From contig NC_081396.1 of the NCBI RefSeq assembly GCF_030684315.1, positions 558,001 through 622,000 of the forward strand: a DNA stretch of 64,000 bases, written 5' to 3'. Shown piece by piece: positions 24,060-37,134 of the stretch. This DNA is from Stegostoma tigrinum. Taxonomy: Eukaryota. Position 1 is the stretch's first letter, and every line of letters begins with the position of its first letter. Position numbers and translations under genes: made by a program. The notes under the pieces were generated by a model. That model saw nothing but the letters and a program-made list of their open reading frames with translations, did no database searches and was not told the DNA's origin.

Positions 24060-26000
24060 TGATTACCAAACAAGTCAATCCGAGAGTCGCCTCGCTATAA
24101 ACCTTGGATGAACCAGGAAATCCACTACCTGCTGAAAACCAGATGTACAGCATTCAAGTTGGGTGACCCAGGCCAATACAGGAAATCCAGATATGACCTC
24201 TACAAAGTAATCAGGGGCGCCAAGAGGCAGTACCAGACCAAGTTAGAGGCCCAAGCCTACCAAACAGACTCCCGCTGTCTATGGCAAGGTCTTAATGACA
24301 TTACAGGATACAAAATGAAACAGTACAAGATAGTGGACAAAGACACATCTCTCCACGATGCACTCAATGCTTTCTATGCTCAGTTTGAGCAGAATGTCAG
24401 CAGCATGGTTATGCCTGCCCCGACAGTACTGGACATATCTGTTCCCTCCATCACCACTCCAAACATCAGATTGGTCTTCCAGGGAGTCAACCAAGGAAAG
24501 TGATGGACTGGGATAGTGTCTCCGGCTGAGCACTCAGATCCTGTGTGGACCAACAAGTGGAGGTATTCACCAACATTTTCAACATCTCCGCCTCCAAGCC
24601 AAAGTACCTACCTGCTTCAAGAAGACTCCATCATCCCTGTACCTAAGAAAGTACATGCAATGTGCCTTAATAATTACTGCCCAGTGGCATTGACCTCAAC
24701 AATCATGACATGCCCCAAGCTGTTGTGGGCTGTTCCTGGCCCACAATCAACTGCAGTCACTCAGCCTGCCTCGATCCCCTAGAATTTGTCTACCAATGCA
24801 ACACGTCGATACAGGATGCCACATTCCTAGCCCTGTACTCACTCCTGGAACATCTGGACAACAAAGATGCCTACGTCAAACTCCTGCTCGTTGACTCCAG
24901 CTCTGACTTCATCACCAATATTCCCTCCAGACTGATCTCAAAACTCCATGACCTTGGTCTCGTCTCCACCTTTGCCACTGAATCCTCAGTTTTCTGACCC
25001 ATAGGCTGCAATCAGTGAGGATAGGGAACTGCATCTCCCTCACAATAACACTCAACACTGGAACTGCACCCCTCCCCCCCACCAGATGCATATTCAGCCT
25101 CTTACTGTATTCCCTACACACCGTATCGGCTGTATCACCAAATTCCCAATGAATGCCATCTACAACCTCACTGATGACATCACCATAGTGGGACAGATAT
25201 CTAACTATAGTGAGTCAGAATACAGAAGAGAGATGGAGGGCTTGGGGATGTGGTGCAATGAAAAACACAGTCTGTTTCTCAATGTCACTAAAACTAAAAA
25301 CACTGATCATTGACTTCAGAAGGAAAGGAAAACACACCCATCTACAAGAACGGAACTGAGGCTGAGGGGGTGAACAGCATCAAGTTCCTCAGAAGTGACA
25401 ATAACTGACAGCTTGTCCTGGACTTCCCATGTAGTTGCAATAGTCAAGAAGGCCTCTTCTTCCTCAGGCAGCTCAGGAAATTTGACATTTTGGTAAGGTC
25501 CCTCACCAACTTCTACAGATGCACCACTGAAGGCACTGTTGGGTGCACAGTGGCCTGGTATGTCAATTGCTCTGCACAGGATCGTAAGAAATTACAGAAG
25601 ATGGTGTGCACAGCCCAGACCATCATGGAAGCCAACCTTACATCCATGGACTCCATTCACACTGCCGGCTGATGCAGACAGGCTGCCAACAACATCAAAG
25701 ACCCATCGCACTGTGGTAATGATCTCCTCCAACCTCTTCCATCAGGCAGAAGATACAGAAGCCCAAACACACGCACAAGCAGGTTCAGGAACAGCTTTTT
25801 CCTGGCCGTAATGATTGACAAATGGACTCTCTTGCCTCGCATAATGCTGACCTTGCTAACAATGATCTCGCCTAGCACATGTCCTGTACAATGTAACCTG
25901 TATGCCAATAATACTTTTGATCTGTACATCCTTTGCCTATAATGATCAGCTTGTAAACAAAGCTTTTCACTATATTTTGGTACACGTGACAATAAATCAA
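24060..26000 (+). mobile_element. Rex1/Babar-type LINE, 5'-truncated and decayed
   Basis: PWMNQEIH.LLK.R..AFK.GD..RY.L.K.IR.AKRQY, IIPVPKK..CLNNYCPVALTS, HLDNKDAYVKLLLVD; 3' end gtacacgtgacaataaatcaa. Confidence 0.85.
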
Positions 26001-27420
26001 ACATCTTTCCTGCCAAACTCCTTTCATAGTCCTCTTCAATTAGTTCGACCCCATTCCTTTGTAATTACTCTTATTTCAGTTTGGCAGTTATTTCCAACCC
26101 AAGTTTCTCCCACTCAAGATAACAAAATGTGGAGCTGGATGAACACAGCAGGCCAAGCAGCATCTCAGGAGCACAAAAGCTGATGTTTCAGGCCTAGACC
26201 CTTCATCAGAGAGGCCCGAAATGTCAGCTTTTGTGCTCCTGAGATGCTGCTTGGCCTGCTGTGTTCATCCAGCTCCACACTTTGTTATCTTGGATTCTCC
26301 AGCATCTGCAGTTCCCATTATCACTGATACAATTTCTCCCACTCAAGTTGAATTCTACTATGCTGTTGTCATTGTTTCCGAAGAGGTTTTTTAATCTGAT
26401 ATCATTCATTAAACTTGCCTCATTGCACATTACCAGATGCAAAATAGCCAAATTCTTCATTGGATCCAACAAAATATTGTTCTTGGAAACTGTCCTGAAT
26501 ACACTGTATGAATTCTTCCTCACAGCTACTTCTGCTAATCTGACTATCCCAATCACCATAAAGACTGAAGTCACCATGATTAATGTACTGACATTATTAG
26601 ATGCCCTCATTATTTCCTGATTCATTCTCTATTCTACCAGATATCAACTGTTTTGGGGCCTACTGCAACTACTATCAGCTTTATCTTCCTCATTTTATTT
26701 CTTACCTCAAGCCACATGGATTCTACATCATCCAATCTGAGATCACTTCTTCCTATCAAATTAATTCCATCCTGAACTGACAACGCTACCCAATGACCCT
26801 TTCCTTCCTTTGTGTTCTTTTGAAAAGTCACATGGTCCTGAATATTTAATTCACAGCGTTGGTCTCCTTGTAGCCATGTCTCCCTAATGGCTCTTCATTC
26901 AGACCCTTTAACACATATTGGTGATATTAATTCATCTACTTCTTTCTGATGCCATGCATATTCAAATAAAGAGCCATCAATTTTGCCATTTTCCCCCTCC
27001 TTGATCATAATTGCTGCTCTTTCTTCTACATTTGTGCACACTGCCTTTTCTGTGACTATCCCTCGGGGCATCATTATCCAAATGCCTGCCCTGTAACACT
27101 GCCGTATCCATTAGCTTTTGAGGCTGATGTATCCCTTTCCCCAAAATGCACTCACCCATCCCCAACAGTTTAAAGGCCTCAATATAGCTCTGCTTATTCA
27201 ACTTGCCAGGATACTGGTCCCAGCATGTGAGTCCCATCCCTCAAAAACAGTTCTCTTCCACCCCTGTACTAATGCTGGCCCACCACTGACTGAAATCCAT
27301 TTCACTCACATCGATCTTTGAACCACATATTTAACTCCTTGACTTGCTTATCCCACACCCCCACCATGCCTGTTAGCCCAAGGCTCAGGTAGCAATCTAC
27401 GGATTATTACCTTGGAGTTC
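26000..27420 (-). mobile_element. Decayed CR1-type LINE (endonuclease/5' part)
   Basis: DVESMWLEVRNK..LIVV and AILHLVMCNE..LGNND..IVEF-like remnants. Confidence 0.7.
26119..26332. mobile_element. Penelope-like fold-back insertion
   Basis: Inverted terminal-repeat pair, 15-bp TSD TTTCTCCCACTCAAG (26104-26118, 26333-26347). Confidence 0.9.
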
Positions 27421-27877
27421 TGCTTTTAGTTTAGCTCCAAAATGTTCAAAACCATACATCTTAACAGCTGAAATATTCTGAGCAGACCATCATTTCAAAG
27501 CAGTGACTGATTCCTTCATAGACTGTGACATCGAGTTTCTCCTCCTCCCATTCCAATATCTTCTTCAGATGTCTTTAACCATGGCACAAGGCAGGTAACA
27601 CAACATTGGGAACTTCTAGTCACAGCTGCAGAGAACAGTTTCTCTTCCCCCCCTAATTATGCCTGGTCCCAGCACACTGATATTTACTCCTTAAGGCATC
27701 CTGCACTGCAGTGTCATGTTCAGTTTATAAGCTTTATGGCATGTGGAAGGTAGGAAGCTGGCTGGATGTGTACTCCAACAGTCAAGTATTACATGAATCA
27801 CAGTTCCAGCAGATGAGCTGATGGGGAGGTTTTGGATGGTGTTACTCATGTAGAATGAAGTGGTCTTTGTAATGGTG

Positions 27878-28091
27878 ATAATGGGAACTGCAGATGCTGG
27901 AGAATCCACGATAATAAAATGTGAGGCTGGATGAACACAGCAGGCCCAGCAGCATCTCAGGAGCACAAAAGCTGACGTTTCGGGCCTAGACCCTTCATCA
28001 GATGAAGGGTCTAGGCCCGAAACGTCAGCTTTTGTGCTCCTGAGATGCTGCTGGGCCTGCTGTGTTCATCCAGCCTCACATTTTATTATCA
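27878..28091. mobile_element. Penelope-like fold-back insertion, perfect palindrome
   Basis: 90-bp perfect arms (27910-27999, 28001-28090) around a single A; 17-bp TSD TGGTCTTTGTAATGGTG (27861-27877, 28092-28108). Confidence 0.95.
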
Positions 28092-30469
28092 TGGTCTTTG
28101 TAATGGTGTGGATTGTGTATTTGAAACTTCATCTCGAGGTCAAATATAACAGCACATTTATGAAGAGTCTGGTTCAACCCCAGACAAAATGCACACTTGG
28201 ACACCCAAGCAACCTTGGCCCAGTAGGCTCCTCTTTGTGCTGGACATTCACCATCAACATTCTCTGGTGTAATACACTGCCACCCAGTGACTAAAGTTAT
28301 TATTACAATGAAACAACTGTTGAGAGTGAAAGCAGAAAATGCTGGAAAAACTCAGCAGGACAGGCAGATTGTGTGGAGAAAGAAACAGGTAACGTTTCAG
28401 TTAATGCATTAGCACTAGTCAAGGTGAGAGATTCAACAATGTGAGCAAGTGTGCAGTCAGGTGAAAATCTCCACCTTGTACTGTCCTCCTACACTGAGGC
28501 ATGTCCAATCTGTGATTGAACACCATATATCTGTCTCTGCCCCATTTCCCTTAACATGTTAAATTACAAAAAATATTCAATCTCCGATTAAAATCGACAC
28601 TTGATCAAGCACCAGTTGCTGCATGTGGAATCTCGAATTTCAGCTCTCCTTTGTCAAAGAAAACTTTCCCAGTTGCACTCCTTAAGTCCGAGATTCCCCA
28701 ACCAGTGGAACTAGTTCCTCCCAATTTATTCTATTTCTCCTGTTAAAACAATGTCATGGTCAGGGTGATGAACATTACGGGGGCAGTAAGGTGGCTGAAG
28801 GTGCATTTGAATAGTCACGTCAAGAGGTGACAAATGCATGAATGAGGGATTCATCTGCAGATAAGCTGCAAAAGGGCAGTGTCAAGGAATGTTACTCAGG
28901 TGGAAATAGTGATGGTTCTTTGTGGTGGTTCAGTTTATGTGTTTGATTGTTCACCTCAGAGTCAAACAGACCAGAATCGTAAAGACACTGCCTCACCCTC
29001 AGACAGACTCTCATTTGCTTCCCCAGGCCATTCTAACCCTGTGGACTCCTCTTGTGCTGTGCACTGATCACCAGCCCCCACTGGTGTTCTTACGTTGTCA
29101 CACTGTAGGTACTTTTGACATTCAAGGAATCTAAGCCCAGTTTGTTTAATCTCTGCTCATTTCTGAGCACTTGTGCCTGGGTATTGTTCTCATAAATCTA
29201 CACTGCACTGCCTCTACAGCCAATATATTCTTCCTAAGATCTGGTGCCCAGACTGGCTCACAGCCACTCCACGTGTGGTATAACCATTGTTTTAGATAGT
29301 TGAAATATGACATGTCCACTCTTTTACTCTGGTCCTCTGGATATGAAGGCCAGCATTTCAGTGCCCTTTTTGACTATTTTCTGGACCTGAATATGTCATG
29401 TCCATGATCTACATACATAGGCCCGAAGTCGTTGTTTCAGCTGGTCTCTAGTTAAAGTAGCCTGTCATATTCTTTGAGGTCCAGAGTGAATGACCACAGA
29501 TTGGTTCACATGAAAATGTATTTGCTCATTTGTATTGTCTATCCACTTGATCAATAGCACTTATTTTAATACTGCTTTTACTTTCTTTTACACTGCTTAC
29601 AATAAAACATTCAAATAATAATGTCGAATTTGGATATATGGACTCTGTTCAGCAAGGTATTAATGAATACCTGAATAATTGAGGTTTCTCAACAGATCCT
29701 TTTAGACAGCACTCATTACAGTCTATCAATAAAGATATCTGGCAATTGCCCTTCCTCTGACTCATACTGGTCAGCCATGTTCCTAACCAGACCAATCATT
29801 CACCTTCAATTCTGGGACCTTCCACTTTAACAATCAGTAATGGAGTACTTCAGCAAATGCCATAACTACCTTAATTAGACCAATGTAATGTCATATACTT
29901 GAGATATTTTACACATAGCTGATGAAAACAGTTGTTATAATTTAACACTAGCATCATTTAGATGAATCTGTGCTTCTTCCCCATCTCCAAAAACAATTCT
30001 TCCTTCCTTTGGTGAAATACTCATTATGGAACAGTACAGCAGACTGACTGAGATCTGATGGAAGGATTCAGGCTCAAGTTTACTCAATGTGGTGACAGTT
30101 GTGAAAGATGAGACATAACATAGGAAGAGCTGAGGTGGCTGTTGAACTGCTGAAGTTTACTTACAAGTTTACTTACTGCATTCATCCCAACTATAAACAC
30201 AGGAAGTTAAGGAAATAAAACAGCCAAACTTTGCCAGGAGAACTGCAAACAACATTCAAAGAAGAGAAACATCTCCACTCTTCAATAACAGAGTCTTCAT
30301 TGCCCACGGTTCTGAGATGCTGCTCAGATCATGGTTGTGTGATTTCATTTGAATGTCAATAAAAGTCACTGAATGTATTTATGACAATCCCAGAGTATCA
30401 CACGGTTCTGCTGGCTGTGCATACTTTTGCAGAACATTGGTCGGATCTAGACAAAAGCTCCTTTTAAAA

Positions 30470-31035
30470 ACTGTCAGATCAAACACTCAGAGGGGAGGTA
30501 CAGCAGATATGCAGTGATATACAATGTAAAGCTTTCTCCACTTTTTTCAAATGAAAGTAAAGCTTCTCTATACTGACTCCATCACACACCCCAGGACGAG
30601 GGCACACCAGGGTGAGGTACAGAATAAATCTCTCTCTCTACATTGTCACCATCCAACACTCCCTGAATAGATTTTTAAAAATGCAAGGAAACATACAAAG
30701 TAAAGCTCCCTCTACTCTTAAAATGCAAGTAAAGCTTCACGCACATTTTTCTCATCAAACACTGCTTGGACAAACAGCATGGGGTTTGAGACAGAGTAAC
30801 ACTCCATCTACTCTCTTAAACTGAAGTTAAAATGAAATTAAAGCCCCCTTGATAATGTCCTTTTCTAACACTCCAAGGACAGGAATAGCACCAGTTTAAG
30901 CTACAGAATAAACTTTGCTGTACACTCTACCCATCAAACACTCCCAAGACTGCTACAGCACAAGGATACATACACATTAGAGTATCCTCTACACGGTCTG
31001 CTTCAAACACTCCCAGGATAGGTACAGCATGGGAT
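30470..31035. repeat. Degenerate ~67-bp shark tandem repeat
   Basis: Unit resembling acactgtccccatcaaacactcccaggacaggtacagcatggggttagatacagagtaaagctccctct; further arrays near 31800-32260, 47660-48110, 48900-49290 and 61540-61830. Confidence 0.8.
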
Positions 31036-34000
31036 TACATATAGTCAGTCAGCTCAATATGCTAGACAGCTTATTGAAGATGGAGTGTCAAGCTAACAGT
31101 GTGAATTCAAATCCCCCTTTAACTGTTTTGAGACCTCTTCTGGAATACTGTGTCCAGTTCTGGTCACTCAGTTATAGAAAGCATATTATCAAGATGAAGG
31201 GGGTTCAGGAGAGATTTAACAAAATGTTGCTGGGTATGAAAGATTTGAGTTATAAGGATCGGCTGCGACCTCATTCACTGGAGCGTAGGTGCTAAACAAA
31301 TGGTCCTATTGAAGTTTATAAAATAATGTGAGGGATAGGTAGAGTTAATGGTCATTATTTTTTCCCTAGGATGGGGGATTTTAAGACTAAGTGGTACATT
31401 TTTAAGATGAGAGGAGAGAGATTTAAAAAAGAGAAGAACCAAATTGTTTACACAGAGGATGGTTCGTGTGTTGAGTCAACTTCCTCTGAAAGTGTGGATG
31501 TGGGTACAATTATAACATTTAAAAGACATTTTGATAGATTCATGAATAGGAGAGGTTTAGAAGGATAGGAGCCAGGCATGGACTGGTTGGACAAACAGGT
31601 GTGTTTCTGTATTATATGACTCCATAAATGAGCTCACCGTGACAGTTTCAACTTCATGGCCTTGCTCTTCGCCTTAGGTGTGGTGACCCTTATGTTATAC
31701 AACCACCAGTTTTCTCTCTCTAATGATGGAGTGGTCCTCTTGAGCTTCACTTCTCTGAACAGATTCAGAGTAAATCTTTCTCAATATTATGACCACTAAA
31801 TATTTCCAGGACAGATACTGCATGGGGTCAGAGATGGGATAAAGCTACCTTCTCACGATCCCTATCAAACACTTCCAGGATAGGGACACTGGACTCAAAA
31901 TGAATGATTTTATTGTCACATGTCTGTTTCTCTCTCTCTCTCTCTCGAGATGCTGCCTGATATGAAGGTCTGATAAGGTTCTCTAAAACTTTGTTTTTAC
32001 TGCCAGGATACTGTTACTTACAGAGTTAAACTCCCTCTACACTGTTCCCATTAAACACTCCCTGAACGGGTACAGCATGATGTTAGATACAGCATGCAGC
32101 TACATCTACACTGTCCCTACGAAACACATGCTGTCCCCAAGAAAGGAATAGCGTGGGATTAGTTAATGCATAAAGCTTTTTCTATACTCTCCCCATGGAA
32201 ACCTCTCAGGGTAGTTATAGAATGGTTTATGCAGAGTGAAGCTCCCTCTATATTTCCCTGCATACCTTCGCTCGTAGAATACAGTGTACAAGTTATTGAA
32301 GGCACTGGAAATAACAAAGGCTAAAGGTTTTGACATAAAAGAGAAAGTACTGGAAGAACTCAGCAAACCTGGCAGCACCTGCGGAGAGGGAAACAAAATT
32401 ACATTTCGTGCACAATATGATTCTTCTTTGGAACCAAGAATTGACAACATCCCAGCTGTATTGCTCAAAACTTTGGTGTTTTACAGCAAGTGAGGTGTGT
32501 AGCCTTGAGTTTTGATTTATACCATTTCATTTATATTAACTCAGAATATCTGAAAAGCTGATTTCCTGTTATAAATTCAGAGGGATAGAACATAGAACAT
32601 CATCTCGAACGTCGTGTCTGTTTATTCGTTCAAATGAACTGAATGAAATAAGAACATTAGAATTAGGAACAGGGTGAGGCAATTCAGCCCTTGAGCCTGA
32701 GCCACCAGTGAATATAATCACCGTACACCTCATCTGGGCCTCAACTCTACCTTCCTACCCACTCTCCATAACCCTTTAACCCATTATCAATTAAAAATCT
32801 GTCTGTACCCTTAAAAACACTCAGTGTCCCTGCATCCACTGCACACAGGAGTCATGAATTTCACAGATTCATCACCCTTTGAGGGAAGTTATTCCTCCTC
32901 ATTCCCGTTTTAAATCATTGAATAGAATCATGCAGTTCAGAAGAGGTCCTCCCTTTGCCCATCAGGTCTGCACTGCCAAAACTGTGGTAAATCTGTACTA
33001 GTCCCACTTTCCAACACTAAGCCCAAAGCTCAGAACATCATGACATTTCAAGTGCTTATCCAAGTCATCTTTACAAGATTATGAGGTTGCCCACCACAAC
33101 CACCCACCCTGGCAGTTCTTTCCAGATTCCACAAGTCTCTGGGTATAAAGCACTTTCCTCAAATATCCTCTAAACATCCTGCTTTCCAGCAGAAAAGTGT
33201 AACCCCGTGACCTTTGAACTGCTTGTTTCTATCCACCCTGCCCACGCCCTGTAATCTTATCCACGGCGATCAGGTGTGCCCCTCGTATCTGCTCTGCTCC
33301 AAAGAGAAGTGCCCAAGCTTATCCAATCTTTCTTTCAAGATCCATCCCAGGCAACATCCTGGTGAAGCTCCAGTGCAATCACATCTTTATTATACGGCGG
33401 TGACCAGAAGCACACACACTACTCCAGCTGTGGTCTAACCAAAGTTATCTACAGTTCCCAGATGGCCTCCCTACTCTTAAATCTACACCCTGACTGATAA
33501 AGGAAGTGTCTTGTCTGCCTGCTTAACAAAAGTCCATGCCAATTTCTGGGATTTGTGGACAAGCACGAGATCTCTTACATTCTTTGAGCTTCCTAATATC
33601 CTGCCTTTCATTGAGTATTTCCTTGTCTTGTTATTTCTTCCGATGTGCATCACCTGTTTCATCAGGGTTAAATTCCATCTGTCACTGATCTACCCATCTG
33701 ACAATCCATTTGTAGACTTTGTGTCTCAATCATTTCTTTCTAATGAGACAGCAGCGTTATGATCTGAGAACACTACGGTGATTTTACTTTATACGCTCTG
33801 ATAACCCAAGACCTTCAATTTCACTGTCAACCATCCAGCCAACCTTAGTGCCGTTTCCGAATTTACTTACCATCTCCTCCACATTGTATATATGTCACAT
33901 AAACAATAAGAGACCGAACAATAATTCCCAAGATATGCTAATAAATATCAGGCACTAATCATTCAAACATAGAACATAGAACAATATAGGCACTTCAGCC

Positions 34001-35599
34001 CATGATGTTGTGCCAACCCATTATCCTACTGAGATCAATTTACACTGCATACCCCTTAAATATTATTTTTTCTAAAACTATGACCTCTTGCTCTACATTG
34101 CCCCAGAAGGGAAAATACCCTCTCAATATCTACTTTGTTAATATTCTGTAATATCTAATATACCTCAAATAGATCTCCTCTCGTTCTTCTAAAGTTGGAA
34201 GAGTGTAGGCCTAACTGCTCAATCTCTCTCCATAATGGGGCCAATTTGTATTCTCAGCATATACGTCCAATTTATATTTTCCCTACATTGACACCTCTGG
34301 AAGACAAATTATATCACCACCTTGCATCAGTGACTGACTTGCTCCAGTATCTCCCAACACCTTTGTTCATTTACATCAGTTTGAAGAACAAGGAAATACT
34401 ACTTCATTTATAATAACTCAAGAGTATCTGAGTATCAGAGATTCATCATCTTCTCCAGCAGCAGACGCTGTTACTTGTTTCGAATCCTGGACACTCTCTC
34501 CATCATTACGTACACCACATGAACTGCAGGAGTTAGAGAATCCAACTCACTGACACCTTCTCAGGGATCAATCAGTGATGAGCAATAATTCCTGATCTTA
34601 CCGATACTGCTCATGTTTCACCAAGCAACAAAACCTGAGAAACATGAGAGAGGGTGTGAGATAGAGGAAAACAGGATTTGAAGAGCAGGAGAAGGCCATT
34701 CACAAAGTCAACCCAAGCTCCAATTCACCCAGATCTACAGTAACTACTACTTATTTTAATCTTCTTCATTCTTGAGGTGTGGGCATCACGTCATTTGATC
34801 CAACCTGAGGGGGTCGTTCCGAAGGTTTGGATCTGGAGTCACATGAAGGCAAACCAGGTCAGGAGAGCAGATTTTGTAAAAGGACATAAGCGAAAGACAT
34901 TTTTGCATTATCAGGTAGTTCCATGATGATTAATAATGAATTTGATTTGATCTTAGGTTTACTGATTAGAGTTACAGAGACATAGAACAGTTGGAGCACA
35001 GAACGCCATTCAGCCTCTCCCTGTCTATGCTGTCACACTAAAGGAGGAAAATCAGCCAGTGCTAGCACCCTGCCTCTTTCCCACCATTCTGTAAATCTTG
35101 TCTCTACACTTACTGATCCAATTTCCTCTTGAAAGCCTCAACTGAATCGGCCTTCACTACAGTCTCAGGGAGCACGTCCAAATCAGAGCCAGTCACTGGG
35201 TACAAACACACCCCTCGAGTCACCGTTACTTCTTTGGTAATTGCCTTAAATCTGTGCCCTCTAGATTGCCCAGGGGTCACTCCGTGGTGAGCCCTTACAA
35301 TTCCGCATGGGGACTGGAGTCACATATGGGGCAGGCCTGGGAGAGGAGGGTCCGGTTCCATCCTCTCAGAATATCTGTTGATTTTTTTTGTTTTCTGACG
35401 CCATGTTAGTGTTCTTCTTTAAAGACAGGTGCTTTTTTTTTGGTCCTCTCACAAATGAATCCAGAATTTTAAAATGAGCTTACTGAGCCAGACAGCGTGA
35501 AAGTGTCTGGACCGTGCTCAGTTCACTGCATGAGTGCAACTTCGACATTTTGCTTCCTCTTGCTTCTTGTTCGCCCCCAACCCTCACTTTGCTTCTTTA

Positions 35600-36620
35600 G
35601 CATCATAACGTGTTCTCTTTGTCATCTTTTACATCCTCATGGCTCCACCGCCCTCCGGGAGGGGATGCGGGCGTTTCAATAGCCGGCTCCGTCCCACCCG
35701 TTGCTCCCGGGTCCGCTGCTCCCGCTCTCGCTGCCGCCTCGCGCTCCGGCTGTTGGGATTTAAATACGAAACAGACCTCGCTTTCCCCCGCGGGAACCGG
35801 GCCCGCCAATCGCAGCGACGCTTTTCCGCTCGCGCTTCCACCCGTTGGGAGTTCAAACATGTAGCGCACCCCCCTCAATCCCCACGTGACCCTCCCGTCC
35901 CAGCGATTCCGTTGCCATCAGAGATAACAGGAACTGCAGATGCTGAAGAATCCGAGATCATAAAGTGTGGAGCTGGATGAACAGAGCAGGTCAAGCAAGC
36001 ATCTCAGGAGCACAAGAGCTGGCGTTTCGGGCCTGGACCCTTCATCAGAGAGAGCATTCCGTTGCCATGGCTGCGGCCCCGCCCCACCCCCTCGAAGATC
36101 ACCATCGCAACAAAGAAGGGATTGGTTCTTCCTGGTTGGTGGGGCGGGGAGGTAGAAAATCCAATCAGGGCTTTGCTCGCCCTCTCACCTTGCCTTAAAG
36201 AGAGCTCGGTCCTTCGCGATTGGAGGCTGCGCGTGGACGGTTGCTACTTCTGAGCCCCACGGTTGTCGGCTTCGCCTGGTGCCGCTCGCGCTCCGGCCGT
36301 TGGCGGTTTGAAAAGCCTGAGGTCGCGCGGGCGGCGGGTGACGCTCCTTCAGTCTCCTGCAGTCAGTCTGTGGAGGGCGGCCTCAGGGGGAGGATACTCA
36401 CCCAGATCGCACAGGGACATACGGGGGCGAAAGAGAGGAATGAATAAGGGAAGGGGGCAGACTGAGCGGACATTTGGAGGGATTTCCAACCTCACTCCCA
36501 CTCAAAGATAACAGTAAAAATCCCGAAGAAGCTGAGGGAAAGACCAGGAGAATACATTTGGGGCTCCGTCCGCGGGGCATCTGGCTGAGGACATTGCGCC
36601 GCTTGGCATCTCTTCCTAAT
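35600..36620. promoter_or_regulatory. CpG island with promoter-like motifs (copy 1)
   Basis: Dense CpGs in a CpG-depleted background; CCAAT boxes at ~35806, 36121, 36161, 36219; ATTTAAATA at ~35758; GGCGGTTTGAA at 36302-36312. Confidence 0.75.
35919..36055 (-). mobile_element. Short Penelope terminal-repeat insertion within the CpG island
   Basis: 13-bp TSD ATTCCGTTGCCAT (35906-35918, 36056-36068); absent from the paralogous site near 53545. Confidence 0.92.
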
Positions 36621-37134
36621 TTCTATCAGGAACCTGGGATTGGTATCCAGTTTAACATTGATCCCACTGGATTGTCCAACACACATCAATGCAGCAGGAG
36701 AAGTTAGTGGCTGTTGTGAGAATCTGGAGTTTTTGAAGTTCATAATTTATTTGTATTGTTTCAAATCTTGGGCTCCAAAGTGGACAAATATTGAATAGTT
36801 GAACATTTGTTCTGTGTGTCCACATGGTCATACCACTTGTTCTATGCATACTGCAGCATTGTCTGGAGCTTATTTACTTGTGTTTAATCCGAAAGCTAAA
36901 CTCTTGAGGTGAACAGTTCAATGCATTGGGAAACAAATGATAAGAAAATCACATTAGACTTGTAATGTTAACTTTGTTTATGTTTCCCCAGGTGTGATCC
37001 AGGGCAGTAGTCTGGGAGTCTGAAATATTAATCCAGTGACATTACCATGACACCACAGCCTCCTCTTGCTTTATTGCTGACCAGCAAGTCTCCAAATTTA
37101 TTTGGGCAACACATCTCCTGTGTTTACAATTTTT

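Noticed and set aside
18214-28091. Palindromes as miRNA genes or MITEs
   Set aside because: The arms are Penelope terminal repeats with long variable TSDs and a one-sided tail, unlike the fixed short TSDs and symmetric TIRs of DNA transposons.
35603-36743. Overlapping ORFs in the CpG islands (also 53179-54243)
   Set aside because: Expected from stop-codon scarcity in GC-rich DNA; no recognisable domain, and outside the homogenised tract frames are not conserved between copies.
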